Shown here: positions 38,198 through 47,886 of the stretch, piece after piece
Position numbering within the stretch: position 1 is the first letter of the stretch
Layout of the letters: each line of letters starts with the position of its first letter
Origin: an uncultured virus (IMG/VR IMGVR_UViG_3300010342_000180)
Lineage: Duplodnaviria; Heunggongvirae; Uroviricota; Caudoviricetes
IMG/VR virus record: IMGVR_UViG_3300010342_000180
Length of the DNA stretch: 64,000 nt
Reading direction: 5' to 3' (one strand)
The notes under the pieces: generated by a model
Databases searched by the model: none
What the model was told of the DNA's origin: nothing
The model's input: only the letters and a program-made list of their open reading frames with translations
Program-made: the position numbers and the translations under genes

Positions 38198-38550
38198 AAA
38201 AGTTAAAAACAATATTTCTTGATATTGATGGTACTTTAATATACCATTATGGATTTCCTCGCAAACAATCATTTTATGAACCAGTACTTTTACCTGGCGT
38301 TGAAGAAAAATTAAATGAATGGGAAGAAAAAGGATATAGAATTATATTAACTACGGCCCGAAAAGAAAGTGAAAGAGAATTAACAATAAAACAACTATCA
38401 CGATTATCTATTCATTATGATTTGTTAATAATGGGTCTCAACAGGGGAGAACGAATAATTATTAACGATATGAGCCCAAATTCTAACGAATTAAGGGCAA
38501 GGGCAATAAATGTAAAAAGAAATAAAGGATTAAATAATATAGAACTTTGA
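38188..38550 (+). CDS. HAD-family phosphatase (capsule-biosynthesis type)
   Basis: FLDIDGTL, LTTAR. Confidence 0.8.
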   Translation: MELEKLKTIFLDIDGTLIYHYGFPRKQSFYEPVLLPGVEEKLNEWEEKGYRIILTTARKESERELTIKQLSRLSIHYDLLIMGLNRGERIIINDMSPNSNELRARAINVKRNKGLNNIEL

Positions 38551-38563
38551 AAATACATGAAAT

Positions 38564-39514
38564 ATGAGAAATAAAAATGTCTTAGTTACTGGCGGCGCAG
38601 GATTTATTGGATCAAATCTTGTTAAATATTTAGTCGAAAATGATAATAATGTTAAAGTTTTAGATAACTTTTCAAGCGGATTTCGTATTAATCTTGAGCC
38701 GTTTAAAAACATAAGTATAATTGTTGGTGATATTAGAAACAGAACAGATGTGGAACACGCTATTCGTGATACTGAAGTTATTTTTCATTTAGCAGCATCT
38801 GTTGGAAATAAACGATCTATTGAAAATCCAATAATGGATGCGGAAATTAATGTGCTTGGAACCATACAAATATTAGAAGCTGCACGAAAACAAGGGATAA
38901 AAAAAATAGTTACATCGTCTTCAGCATCAATATATGGTGAACCAAAAGTCCTTCCAATTAAAGAAGATACACCACCCGAACCCGATTCTCAATATGGATC
39001 CACAAAACTTTGTGAAGAAAAATTATCTTTAGTTTATTCTAAATTATATGATATGGAAGTTATTTGTCTTAGATATTTTAATGTATATGGAATAAATCAT
39101 AGATTTGATGCATATGGATCGGTTTTTCCCATATTTTTATATCATATATTACAAAATGAACCGATATCAATTTATGGCGATGGCGAACAAACTCGTGATT
39201 TTGTTAATGTAAAAGACATAGTTCAAGCAAATATAAAAGCAGCCGAGGCAAATGGAGTTTGTGGGGCATTTAATGTTGGAAGTGGAAAACAAACATCAGT
39301 TAATCAAGTTGTTAAAATATTATCAAATATTTTTGATAATATTAAAATTAATCACGTGCCAAAAAGATTAGGTGACGTTAAAAATAGTTTGGCAGATATA
39401 TCATTAATAAAAGAAAAAATTAATTATATTCCGGAAATTGATTTAGAAAACGGACTCAAAGAGTTTGTAACATGGTCAATAAGACAAAAATTTAATAATC
39501 AAATCATAAACTAA
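38564..39514 (+). CDS. NAD-dependent UDP-sugar 4-epimerase
   Basis: TGGAGFIGS, YGSTK, RYFNVYG, GDGEQTRDF. Confidence 0.9.
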   Translation: MRNKNVLVTGGAGFIGSNLVKYLVENDNNVKVLDNFSSGFRINLEPFKNISIIVGDIRNRTDVEHAIRDTEVIFHLAASVGNKRSIENPIMDAEINVLGTIQILEAARKQGIKKIVTSSSASIYGEPKVLPIKEDTPPEPDSQYGSTKLCEEKLSLVYSKLYDMEVICLRYFNVYGINHRFDAYGSVFPIFLYHILQNEPISIYGDGEQTRDFVNVKDIVQANIKAAEANGVCGAFNVGSGKQTSVNQVVKILSNIFDNIKINHVPKRLGDVKNSLADISLIKEKINYIPEIDLENGLKEFVTWSIRQKFNNQIIN

Positions 39515-39529
39515 AAACAATTAAATAAT

Positions 39530-40330
39530 ATGAGAATATCAGTAGTAGCGGCATATGTCAATCGGAAAAATCTTTTTTATCAAACTTTAAAATCAATCAC
39601 AAAAACAAAACATGATGATTTTGAAGTAATTGCTGTGGATGATGGTAGTTCACCAGAACATAGAATTGAAGATTTAAAACTCGAATTTCCTTTTTTAAAA
39701 ATAATTAGAATCGAACCTGAAAATAGATGGTATGTGAATACATGTATTCCTTATAATGTTGGAATACAGGCTGCAGTGGGAGATATTATTATTATACAAA
39801 ACGCAGAATGTCTTCATGTTCATGATATTATCACTTATTTATCAGAAAGAGTTGATAATAATAATTATATTTCTATTTCAACATATGCATTAACTCAACA
39901 ATTAACAGAACAATTACCCCAAATTATTGATAATCCTGATTTTATGGATTTTTTTAAAAAATTACCTCAAATAACATTCTCTGGTATTGGATGGTATAAT
40001 CATTCAAAATATCGACCACTTGCATACCATTTTTGTTCAGGTATAACTAGAAAAAACATACATAAACTTGGTGGATTTGATGAAAGATATGCATTAGGCA
40101 CTTCTTATGAAGATAACGAATTAGTTGAAAGAATAAAAAGAATGGGATTAAAAATGATAATTGCTGATGAAGTATCTGTAATACATCAATGGCATCACAC
40201 ATTTCAATATTCATTATCAAATACTAATGCGCTTCAAGAAAGAAATAGATTATTATTTCTTAATACCACAATGAAGGAAACCACATATACAGTTAATAAT
40301 AAACAACAAATCGATGAAAATAATACTTAA
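39530..40330 (+). CDS. GT2 glycosyltransferase (paralog of 36579-37382)
   Basis: VDDGS, GWYNHSKYRP, GGFDERY. Confidence 0.85.
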   Translation: MRISVVAAYVNRKNLFYQTLKSITKTKHDDFEVIAVDDGSSPEHRIEDLKLEFPFLKIIRIEPENRWYVNTCIPYNVGIQAAVGDIIIIQNAECLHVHDIITYLSERVDNNNYISISTYALTQQLTEQLPQIIDNPDFMDFFKKLPQITFSGIGWYNHSKYRPLAYHFCSGITRKNIHKLGGFDERYALGTSYEDNELVERIKRMGLKMIIADEVSVIHQWHHTFQYSLSNTNALQERNRLLFLNTTMKETTYTVNNKQQIDENNT

Positions 40331-40348
40331 AAATATGTCTATATTAAT

Positions 40349-41023
40349 ATGAATACATTATATTTATGTACGCATTACGGTTTTGGTGATTATGTGATAT
40401 GTTATGGATTAGTTAAAGAATTATCTAAAAAATATGATAAAATATTTTTATTTGGTAAAAGACATCAAACTGATTGGGATCTCGATAACATTAGAAGATT
40501 ATATAGTAGTATAAAAAATGTTGAAGTAATCGTAGATGATCCAAATTTATATAAAAATGTTACATATTTGGGTTGGCATCACTTTATACGAGCACAAGCA
40601 ATAAACCAATCCACACAATTTCAACAATTTTTTTATGAATATATGGGAATACCATTCAATTTAATGTGGGATAACTTCTATTTTGAAAGAGATATGATTA
40701 AAGAAAAAGAAATATATTATGATAAACTTGGATTAAAAGATAACGAAGAATATATTTTTTTACATGATGATAATAAAAGAGGTTTTATAATTAATAAACA
40801 ATATATATCACCAAATATTAAAATTATTAATACTGGAATAATAGATATAAGTTTATTGGATTCTCTTTATTTAGTTGAAAAATCAAAAGAAATACACATA
40901 ATACCGACAGGATTAGTATCGTTTATTGATCAAATGAACATTCGTCATAATCATTTAAATATACATCAATATACTCGCCCCGAAAATCAAATTATTGTAA
41001 GATTAAAATGGAATAAAATTTAA
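40349..41023 (+). CDS. Putative GT-B glycosyltransferase-like protein
   Basis: HYGFGDYVI motif; lies within the glycosylation cluster. Confidence 0.55.
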   Translation: MNTLYLCTHYGFGDYVICYGLVKELSKKYDKIFLFGKRHQTDWDLDNIRRLYSSIKNVEVIVDDPNLYKNVTYLGWHHFIRAQAINQSTQFQQFFYEYMGIPFNLMWDNFYFERDMIKEKEIYYDKLGLKDNEEYIFLHDDNKRGFIINKQYISPNIKIINTGIIDISLLDSLYLVEKSKEIHIIPTGLVSFIDQMNIRHNHLNIHQYTRPENQIIVRLKWNKI

Positions 41024-41034
41024 AATAAAGTTAT

Positions 41035-41826
41035 ATGGATATAGGAATATTAGGATTAGGTGTTGTCGGATCTGCTTGTAAATATGGCTTCGAAAAATTA
41101 AGTCATAATGTACTTATTTATGATCCTAAATTAGATACGAAAATCGAAAATTTATTAGGATCGAAGATTATTTATGTATGCGTTCCAACGCTATCATTAC
41201 CTGACGGATCGTGTGATATTAGTATCGTTGAAAGATGCGTGAAAGAATTACAAGAATTAAAATACGATGGAATTATTGCAATTAAATCAACTGTTAAACC
41301 CACAACTACAGAATATCTAATTAACAAAACAGGAATGAAAATTTGCTTTGTTCCTGAATTTTTAAGAGAAAGATGCGCAATTGTAGATTTTGTTGAAAAT
41401 CATGATCTATTAGCCATAGGAACAAATTCAAATGACATATACGATAAAATAGTTGAATGTCATGGAAAATATCCAAAAGCATATGCTAAATTAACTCCAA
41501 CAGAGGCCGAATTATTAAAATATTATTCAAATGTGTTTAATGCCATGAAAGTAATATTCGCAAATGAAATGTACGAAATATCAAATATCATCAATGCTGA
41601 TTATTCAAAAATCAAAGAAGCATTTATTAAAAGAGGAACTACTAAAGACATATATCTTGATGTAAATGATAATTTTAGAGGTTATGGAGGCCCATGTTTA
41701 CCAAAAGATACTCGTGCATTAGCCGCCTTTGTTAAAGAATTAAAATTAGATCTTAAGCTTTTTGAAACAATAGATACTGAAAATAAAAAATTTAAAACAA
41801 CCGTTTTTGATGGTATGAGGAAATAA
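41035..41826 (+). CDS. UDP-glucose/GDP-mannose dehydrogenase family (short form)
   Basis: GLGVVG, KSTV, PEFLRE, AELLKY, GYGGPCLPKD. Confidence 0.85.
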   Translation: MDIGILGLGVVGSACKYGFEKLSHNVLIYDPKLDTKIENLLGSKIIYVCVPTLSLPDGSCDISIVERCVKELQELKYDGIIAIKSTVKPTTTEYLINKTGMKICFVPEFLRERCAIVDFVENHDLLAIGTNSNDIYDKIVECHGKYPKAYAKLTPTEAELLKYYSNVFNAMKVIFANEMYEISNIINADYSKIKEAFIKRGTTKDIYLDVNDNFRGYGGPCLPKDTRALAAFVKELKLDLKLFETIDTENKKFKTTVFDGMRK

Positions 41827-41827
41827 A

Positions 41828-42829
41828 ATGAAAATACTAATTACTGGAAGTCAAGGATTTATTGGATCTTATGTTTGTCTAGATCTTTTAAAATATGGGT
41901 ATCAAGTCATTGGAATTGATAACTATTCAAAATATGGTTATTTACATAGACCACAAGACACTTATAAAAACTTTACATTTTATAAATGTGATATGACTAC
42001 TAATGATTATTTCGAAATCGTGGATAAAGAACAGCCAGAAATAATAATCGCCGGAGCAGCAATGATTGGCGGAATTTCATATTTTCACAAATATGCATAT
42101 GATTTGCTTGCTAAGAATGAAAGAATAATCGCAAACACATTTGATGGAGCGATTAAAGGATTTAAATCCAAATATTTAAAACGAATTATTGTTATATCAA
42201 GCTCAATGGTTTTTGAAGAAACAACAACATTTCCATCAAAAGAAGAAGATGTTAGAAAATCTTTTCCACCAAGATCCACATATGGATTTCAAAAATTGGC
42301 TTGTGAATATTTTTGTCAAGGAGCATATGAACAATACGGTTTACCCTATACGATTGTTAGGCCATTTAATTGTGTTGGCGTTGGAGAGGATAGTGCGTTG
42401 AATGAAGATGAAATAACATCGGGCAATATAAAACTAATGTTATCTCATGTTTTACCAGATCTAGTTAATAAAGTATTAAAAGGTCAATATCCATTACATA
42501 TTTTAGGTAATGGCAACCAAGTTCGTTGTTATACCAATGGTAAGGATATTGCAAGAGCCATAAGAATGATTATTGAATCTACACATGCTATAAATAATGA
42601 TTTCAATATTTCAACTTCAGTAGCAACTACAGTATTAGAATTAGCAGAACTAGTGTGGAAAATTATAAATCCCGAAAAACCTTTTGTATATATTTGCGAT
42701 GAACCATTTGAATATGATGTACAGATGAGAATTCCTTCAGTTGAAAAAGCTAAAAATATTTTAGGATTTAGAGCAAATATATCATTAGAAGAATCGGTCA
42801 AAGAGGTGATAAATTATATGAAACAATGA
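41828..42829 (+). CDS. NAD-dependent nucleotide-sugar epimerase/decarboxylase
   Basis: TGSQGFIG, SSSMVF, YGFQK, RPFNCVG. Confidence 0.85.
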   Translation: MKILITGSQGFIGSYVCLDLLKYGYQVIGIDNYSKYGYLHRPQDTYKNFTFYKCDMTTNDYFEIVDKEQPEIIIAGAAMIGGISYFHKYAYDLLAKNERIIANTFDGAIKGFKSKYLKRIIVISSSMVFEETTTFPSKEEDVRKSFPPRSTYGFQKLACEYFCQGAYEQYGLPYTIVRPFNCVGVGEDSALNEDEITSGNIKLMLSHVLPDLVNKVLKGQYPLHILGNGNQVRCYTNGKDIARAIRMIIESTHAINNDFNISTSVATTVLELAELVWKIINPEKPFVYICDEPFEYDVQMRIPSVEKAKNILGFRANISLEESVKEVINYMKQ

Positions 42830-43101
42830 TAAACGATATTGAATTAATAACATTTTCTGAATTACTCGATAAATTGATGACAATTAACATCAAATTATAT
42901 AATCTTCTTTCAAGAACCGCAATTCTTGATGCTAAAATCGATAAAACAGATGAAGATATCAAAGAAATTGTACAATTAAGTGGTGAAAATATAAGATTAG
43001 TTAAACAAAGAAGCATGTTAAAATCTGCAATAGATAAAAAGCTAAATATCGCAATTAAAAATGGTGGCACCGAAATTTTAGATGAAGTTAAAAAATACTA
43101 A
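42826..43101 (+). CDS. DUF6165/DUF4254-like small helical protein
   Basis: SELLDKLMTINIK...RSMLKSAID...EVKKY. Confidence 0.55.
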   Translation: MINDIELITFSELLDKLMTINIKLYNLLSRTAILDAKIDKTDEDIKEIVQLSGENIRLVKQRSMLKSAIDKKLNIAIKNGGTEILDEVKKY

Positions 43102-43105
43102 TTGA

Positions 43106-44188
43106 ATGAAAATATTAACAATTACAGGAACTAGACCAGAATTAATCAGATTGTCATTAATTATTAAAAAATTAGATAATCTGGTTGATCATATTTTAAT
43201 ATATACAAACCAAAATTATGATTATAATTTAAGTGGTAGGTTTTTTGATGAAATGAAAATACGTAATCCAAATTATTATTTTAATGAAACATCATCAATT
43301 GGCGAATTTCTTGGCAATTCAATCATAGAGTTTGAAAAAATATTAAAAAATGAAAAACCAGATAAAATATTAATACTAGGTGATACTAATTCAGGATTGT
43401 TATCAATAATTGCAGAAAAATATAATATACCAGTATTTCATATGGAAGCCGGTAATAGATGTTATGATAATAGATTACCTGAAGAAACAAATCGAAAAAT
43501 AATAGATGCTGTTTCAAAATACAATCTTCCTTATACTGAAAATAGTAAACAAAATTTATTAAACGAAGGATTTCATAAAAATTTTGTATTTAAAACTGGT
43601 AATCCTATATTTGAAGTTTTAAATAACTATGATACCGAAATAGAATCGAGTATGATTAAATATGACTGGGATTTACAAAACGCATATACAAAAAAAATTA
43701 AAGATTATATTTTAGTTACAGCACATCGCAGCGAAAATGTAGATAATATTGATTCGTTAAAAAATATAATTGATGCAATTAATATTATAAGTAAAAATAT
43801 TAAAACAATAATTTCATTACATCCTAGAACTAAAAATAAATTAGAAAAATTTGATATAAAATTAAATGATAATATATTAGTTTCACCACCACTCGGTTTT
43901 TTTGATTTCGTTAATCTCGAAAAATCTGCAAAATGTGTCATAACAGATAGTGGAACAGTACAAGAAGAAGCATGTATTTTTGGAGTACCTACATTAACAA
44001 TCAGAGAAACAACTGAAAGACAAGAAACAATAGAATGCGGGTCAAATATATTATGCGGAACAAAAACCCAAAATATTGTTAATGCGTTTAATATAATAAT
44101 AAAAAGAAAAAGTAAATGGTACATTCCTAATGAATATCTTATTCAAAATGTATCAGATACCGTAATTAATATTTTAATTGGAAAATGA
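43106..44188 (+). CDS. wecB: Non-hydrolysing UDP-HexNAc 2-epimerase (FnlC/WbjD/WbvD-like)
   Basis: GTRPELIR, LGDTNS, HMEAGNR, PEETNR, TDSGTVQEE. Confidence 0.9.
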   Translation: MKILTITGTRPELIRLSLIIKKLDNLVDHILIYTNQNYDYNLSGRFFDEMKIRNPNYYFNETSSIGEFLGNSIIEFEKILKNEKPDKILILGDTNSGLLSIIAEKYNIPVFHMEAGNRCYDNRLPEETNRKIIDAVSKYNLPYTENSKQNLLNEGFHKNFVFKTGNPIFEVLNNYDTEIESSMIKYDWDLQNAYTKKIKDYILVTAHRSENVDNIDSLKNIIDAINIISKNIKTIISLHPRTKNKLEKFDIKLNDNILVSPPLGFFDFVNLEKSAKCVITDSGTVQEEACIFGVPTLTIRETTERQETIECGSNILCGTKTQNIVNAFNIIIKRKSKWYIPNEYLIQNVSDTVINILIGK

Positions 44189-44744
44189 TATATAAAAATA
44201 TTAATTTAACACAATGGATAAATGAAAACACATTTGATTCAATATGTGTTGTTGAATTGGGTGCGGGTTTTTTTGATAAACTAAGTATGGTACATGGTAA
44301 TGTAATGATTAAAATTGGTATTGAAATATATAAACCATATATTGATAATGCAAAATATCATAATTGTATTAAAATTCATGGAGATGCATTAAATATCCTG
44401 AATTATTAAAAGGATATACATTAGACACAGCATTAATTGTTGATGTACTTGAACATTTTGAAAAAGATGTCGGATTTAAATGGATTAATAATTTAAAAGA
44501 AGATTTTAATAAAATATTATTAATGTTACCTGTAGGTAAGTACGAACAAAATGAGGATCTCACTGGTTATGACAATCACGAATATCAAACGCATAGAAGT
44601 TATTGGTATATAAATGATATACTAAAATTACAATTTACAAAAAATATAATAGATCTTAAATTTCATCCAAAACATTGTGGAGAAAAAATAAATAATGTAG
44701 ATACCGCTTGTTATTTTGGAACATGGGAAAAATATAAAATATAA
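44185..44744 (+). pseudogene. Class I SAM methyltransferase-like gene split by a 1-nt frameshift near 44391
   Basis: VVELGAG...GIEIY...GDAL, then the alternate frame continues PELLKG...IVDVLEHFEK...HRSYW. Confidence 0.65.
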
Positions 44745-44747
44745 AAT

Positions 44748-45752
44748 ATGTTTGAAAATAAAATTATATTAATAGATGGTGGGTCTGGTTCATGGGGAAA
44801 CGAACTAACAACACAACTTTTAGAAAAAAACCCCCAAAAAATTATAATATTTTCTAGAGGTGAACTAGCTCAAGTAACGATGGAAAGAAAATTTAATAAC
44901 AATAAACTCGAATTTATTATTGGCGATGTTCGTGATGCTGATGCTGTGGATAGATTGTTTAATAACAAAAATATAGATTATGTGTTTCATTTAGCAGCAT
45001 TAAAACATGTACCAGTATGTGAAAACATGCCACAAGAAGCAATTAAAACAAACATTAACGGCACTATTAATTTGGTTAATTCCGCTATAAAATATGGTGT
45101 TAAAAAATTCGTTGATGTTTCGACTGATAAAGCAGTATCACCAATTAACTTATATGGTATGACAAAATCCGTTGGGGAAAAAATAACGATTCAAGCTAAT
45201 AATTTAACAGATAAAACAGACTTTGTTTGTATTAGAGGCGGTAATGTATTGGGATCAAATGGAAGTGTTGTGCCACATTTTATTAATCAAATTAAAACTC
45301 AAAACAAAATTACCATAACAAGCCGAGCAATGACAAGATTCTTTTTAACATTATCTGAAGCAATTGGATTATTATTTCAGGCTTCCGAATATAGTGTTGG
45401 CGGAGAAACTTATGTAATGAATATGCCGTCTTTTTTTATAAAAGATCTGGCCGAAATACTAGTTGAATATTATGGTAATAAAAACACTAAAATAGAAGAA
45501 ATCGGGATACGAGAAGGAGAAAAATTAAATGAGATTTTAATGTCCGAACATGAATCCCCAAGATCCTACGTTTTTAATGAGAACTATTATGTGATTTTAC
45601 CGAGCATAAAGATAAATAAAGATTATTCTCATATAAAAAATAAAGAAAAAGTGGGATTTAATGTTTTTTCCTCTGTTAATATTATGTGTCTTAAAGATAA
45701 AAAATATCTTCATAAATTACTTATGAAAGGAGGTTTTTTAAATAAGTTATGA
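44748..45752 (+). CDS. UDP-GlcNAc 4,6-dehydratase/5-epimerase (FnlA/CapE/PseB-like)
   Basis: GGSGSWG, FHLAALKHVP, STDKAVSPINLYGMTK, GNVLGSNGSV, MTRF. Confidence 0.9.
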   Translation: MFENKIILIDGGSGSWGNELTTQLLEKNPQKIIIFSRGELAQVTMERKFNNNKLEFIIGDVRDADAVDRLFNNKNIDYVFHLAALKHVPVCENMPQEAIKTNINGTINLVNSAIKYGVKKFVDVSTDKAVSPINLYGMTKSVGEKITIQANNLTDKTDFVCIRGGNVLGSNGSVVPHFINQIKTQNKITITSRAMTRFFLTLSEAIGLLFQASEYSVGGETYVMNMPSFFIKDLAEILVEYYGNKNTKIEEIGIREGEKLNEILMSEHESPRSYVFNENYYVILPSIKINKDYSHIKNKEKVGFNVFSSVNIMCLKDKKYLHKLLMKGGFLNKL

Positions 45753-46228
45753 AAAAAATAATTATTTTACTTATTCTGTGCTTCATATGTACATTTACAA
45801 TAATGGCACAAAATTATAGAAAACCTAATACGGTTTATCTTGTCTTTCAACCTGTTAATCATGGCATTGGATTAAGATATGATAGAATGATTAAATCATC
45901 AAATTATGGCATTTACGGATCATTAATGCATAAAGATATGAAATTGGTAAACGGTTTAATTATTAAACATCATTATAAATTAGTAAGTGGCGTGTTATTA
46001 TATGGAGATCCAATGTTTAATATATTTCATCCATATGTAGGAGTTGGTGTAAGTTATAATGCTTACGATGGTCTTTATAATATTCCGCCAGCAATACCTG
46101 AAAATGAATTAAGTCATTGGTCATTTGATGTGTCATTAAATACAAGAATATATAATATAATTAATGCAGGAATAATAATGGATCCGATGTTAGAAACGAT
46201 ATCTTTTAATGTTGGATTCACATTTTGA
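45749..46228 (+). CDS. Putative small outer-membrane beta-barrel protein
   Basis: Signal peptide, alternating beta strands, terminal FNVGFTF. Confidence 0.55.
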   Translation: MKKIIILLILCFICTFTIMAQNYRKPNTVYLVFQPVNHGIGLRYDRMIKSSNYGIYGSLMHKDMKLVNGLIIKHHYKLVSGVLLYGDPMFNIFHPYVGVGVSYNAYDGLYNIPPAIPENELSHWSFDVSLNTRIYNIINAGIIMDPMLETISFNVGFTF

Positions 46229-46240
46229 AAAATAAAAAAA

Positions 46241-47077
46241 ATGAAAATATATGTTTTTGGATATAAGGGAATGTTAGGTAGATATGTTTATACATATCTT
46301 AAATCTAAAGATTTTAATGTTGTTGGATTATCTAGAAAAAATATTGATATTAGCGACATATATTGTGAAGATGATTTAAATTCCATATTACATTATGAAG
46401 GCGTGGAAAAAAATGATGTTATTATTAATTGTGCTGGTATTATTAAATCAGTAATAAATGATAACGATATTCAATCAATAATTATTGTAAATTCATTATT
46501 TCCGCATTATTTAAATAACGTATCAAAGAAAGAAGGATATAAATTAATCCATGTTACAACCGACTGCGTTTTTTCGGGTAAAGACGGGTTATATTTAGAA
46601 CATTCTCCACATGATTGTACAGATGTTTATGGCAAAACTAAATCACTTGGCGAACCCAACAATTGTACAGTTATACGAACATCTATAATTGGTGAAGAAA
46701 TCAATCGAACCAGATCACTAATGGAATGGGTTAAATCAATGAAAGATAAAACTGTTGATGGTTATACTAACCACATCTGGAACGGTTTAACATGTTTACA
46801 ATTAGCAAAAATATTTGAAGATATAATTGTAAATAAAAAATACTGGTATGGCGTAAGACATCTTTTTTCACCAAAAATCATTAGTAAATATGATTTAATT
46901 AAATCTATATCAAATATATACAATTTAAATATAACAATAAACCCAATAGAGTTATCATTAAAATGTGATAGATCTTTAGCAACAAATTATCCTGATACGT
47001 CGTTTATCATTCCAGATATAAATGATCAAATTAAAGAACAACACGATTTTATTAATTTATTAAATTCCGAGATATGA
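46241..47077 (+). CDS. RmlD-like nucleotide-sugar 4-reductase
   Basis: GYKGMLG, INCAG, TTDCVFSG, YGKTKSLGE, RTSIIG. Confidence 0.85.
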   Translation: MKIYVFGYKGMLGRYVYTYLKSKDFNVVGLSRKNIDISDIYCEDDLNSILHYEGVEKNDVIINCAGIIKSVINDNDIQSIIIVNSLFPHYLNNVSKKEGYKLIHVTTDCVFSGKDGLYLEHSPHDCTDVYGKTKSLGEPNNCTVIRTSIIGEEINRTRSLMEWVKSMKDKTVDGYTNHIWNGLTCLQLAKIFEDIIVNKKYWYGVRHLFSPKIISKYDLIKSISNIYNLNITINPIELSLKCDRSLATNYPDTSFIIPDINDQIKEQHDFINLLNSEI

Positions 47078-47247
47078 GAAATCAAAAAAAAGAATTAGAT
47101 GAAATCGAAAAATGTGTTATTTGCAAAAAAGAAACAAAATATTCGAAAAACACGCATATAAATGAGAGAGAATTTTATGTGAAAGGTATTGGTCAACTTT
47201 GTGAAAATTGTGCATACAAATTGTTTACGGAAAGATTATATATATAA
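47074..47247 (+). CDS. Small zinc-finger protein
   Basis: 57-aa ORF read by eye, CVIC...GQLCENC. Confidence 0.6.
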   Translation: MRNQKKELDEIEKCVICKKETKYSKNTHINEREFYVKGIGQLCENCAYKLFTERLYI

Positions 47248-47301
47248 AATATTTTGTTTTCTGAAAAAAATATCGTATATTTTATTTAATAAAGATTTTA
47301 C

Positions 47302-47430
47302 GTTTAGGTTCTATTGAAAAATAGATTGGTGGTTCAATTAAATAGCACGCTTAATAAACCCGAAGGTATTGGGATCTGGTTCTAACATAGAAAGCATAAT
47401 ATACCGATTTATCCCAATACCTTCCTAAAC
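47302..47430 (+). ncRNA. Candidate multi-branched structured RNA
   Basis: Closing stem GTTTAG/CTAAAC, TCTATT-GAAA-AATAGA hairpin and a 14-bp perfect stem GAAGGTATTGGGAT/ATCCCAATACCTTC. Confidence 0.45.
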
Positions 47431-47442
47431 TTTTAAAAACAT

Positions 47443-47853
47443 ATGAAAAAAAAGAAAAAATATCCTGTAATTAAAGTACCATCAAATGGTATTCTTAATT
47501 GGGGCGATGGGGCTCGCACAATGTGCTTTGTATATTCTAAAAATCACGGTAATTTTATTCTTGAAGGATATCGTGGTGAAGTCGATGCGTATTTAAAGAA
47601 AAATTATACACATTATTTTTGCTATTTTTCTATGTGGCGCAATGGCCGAAGTAGAGGTTATTGGAAATTCTGGCGGGATATAACTGTTAAAATTTATGAA
47701 CCTTCTAAAATTTCTAAAGCATGGAAATATAAAGTAATAAAATATCGACCTTCTGATGGTTACGGATATTCCATTTCAACAAAAAAAGAAACCAAAAAAC
47801 TAGAATTTAAAAGAATGCCAAAACGATGGATTCCTGAATTTGATGAATTATAA
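47443..47853 (+). CDS. Hypothetical protein
   Basis: 136-aa basic, aromatic ORF. Confidence 0.6.
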   Translation: MKKKKKYPVIKVPSNGILNWGDGARTMCFVYSKNHGNFILEGYRGEVDAYLKKNYTHYFCYFSMWRNGRSRGYWKFWRDITVKIYEPSKISKAWKYKVIKYRPSDGYGYSISTKKETKKLEFKRMPKRWIPEFDEL

Positions 47854-47886
47854 TATGAATAGAAATAAAATATACATATAAAACTA

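Noticed and set aside
47302..47430. Cobalamin or other known riboswitch
   Set aside because: It lacks the B12-box and GGGAA core; kept only as an unknown structured RNA.
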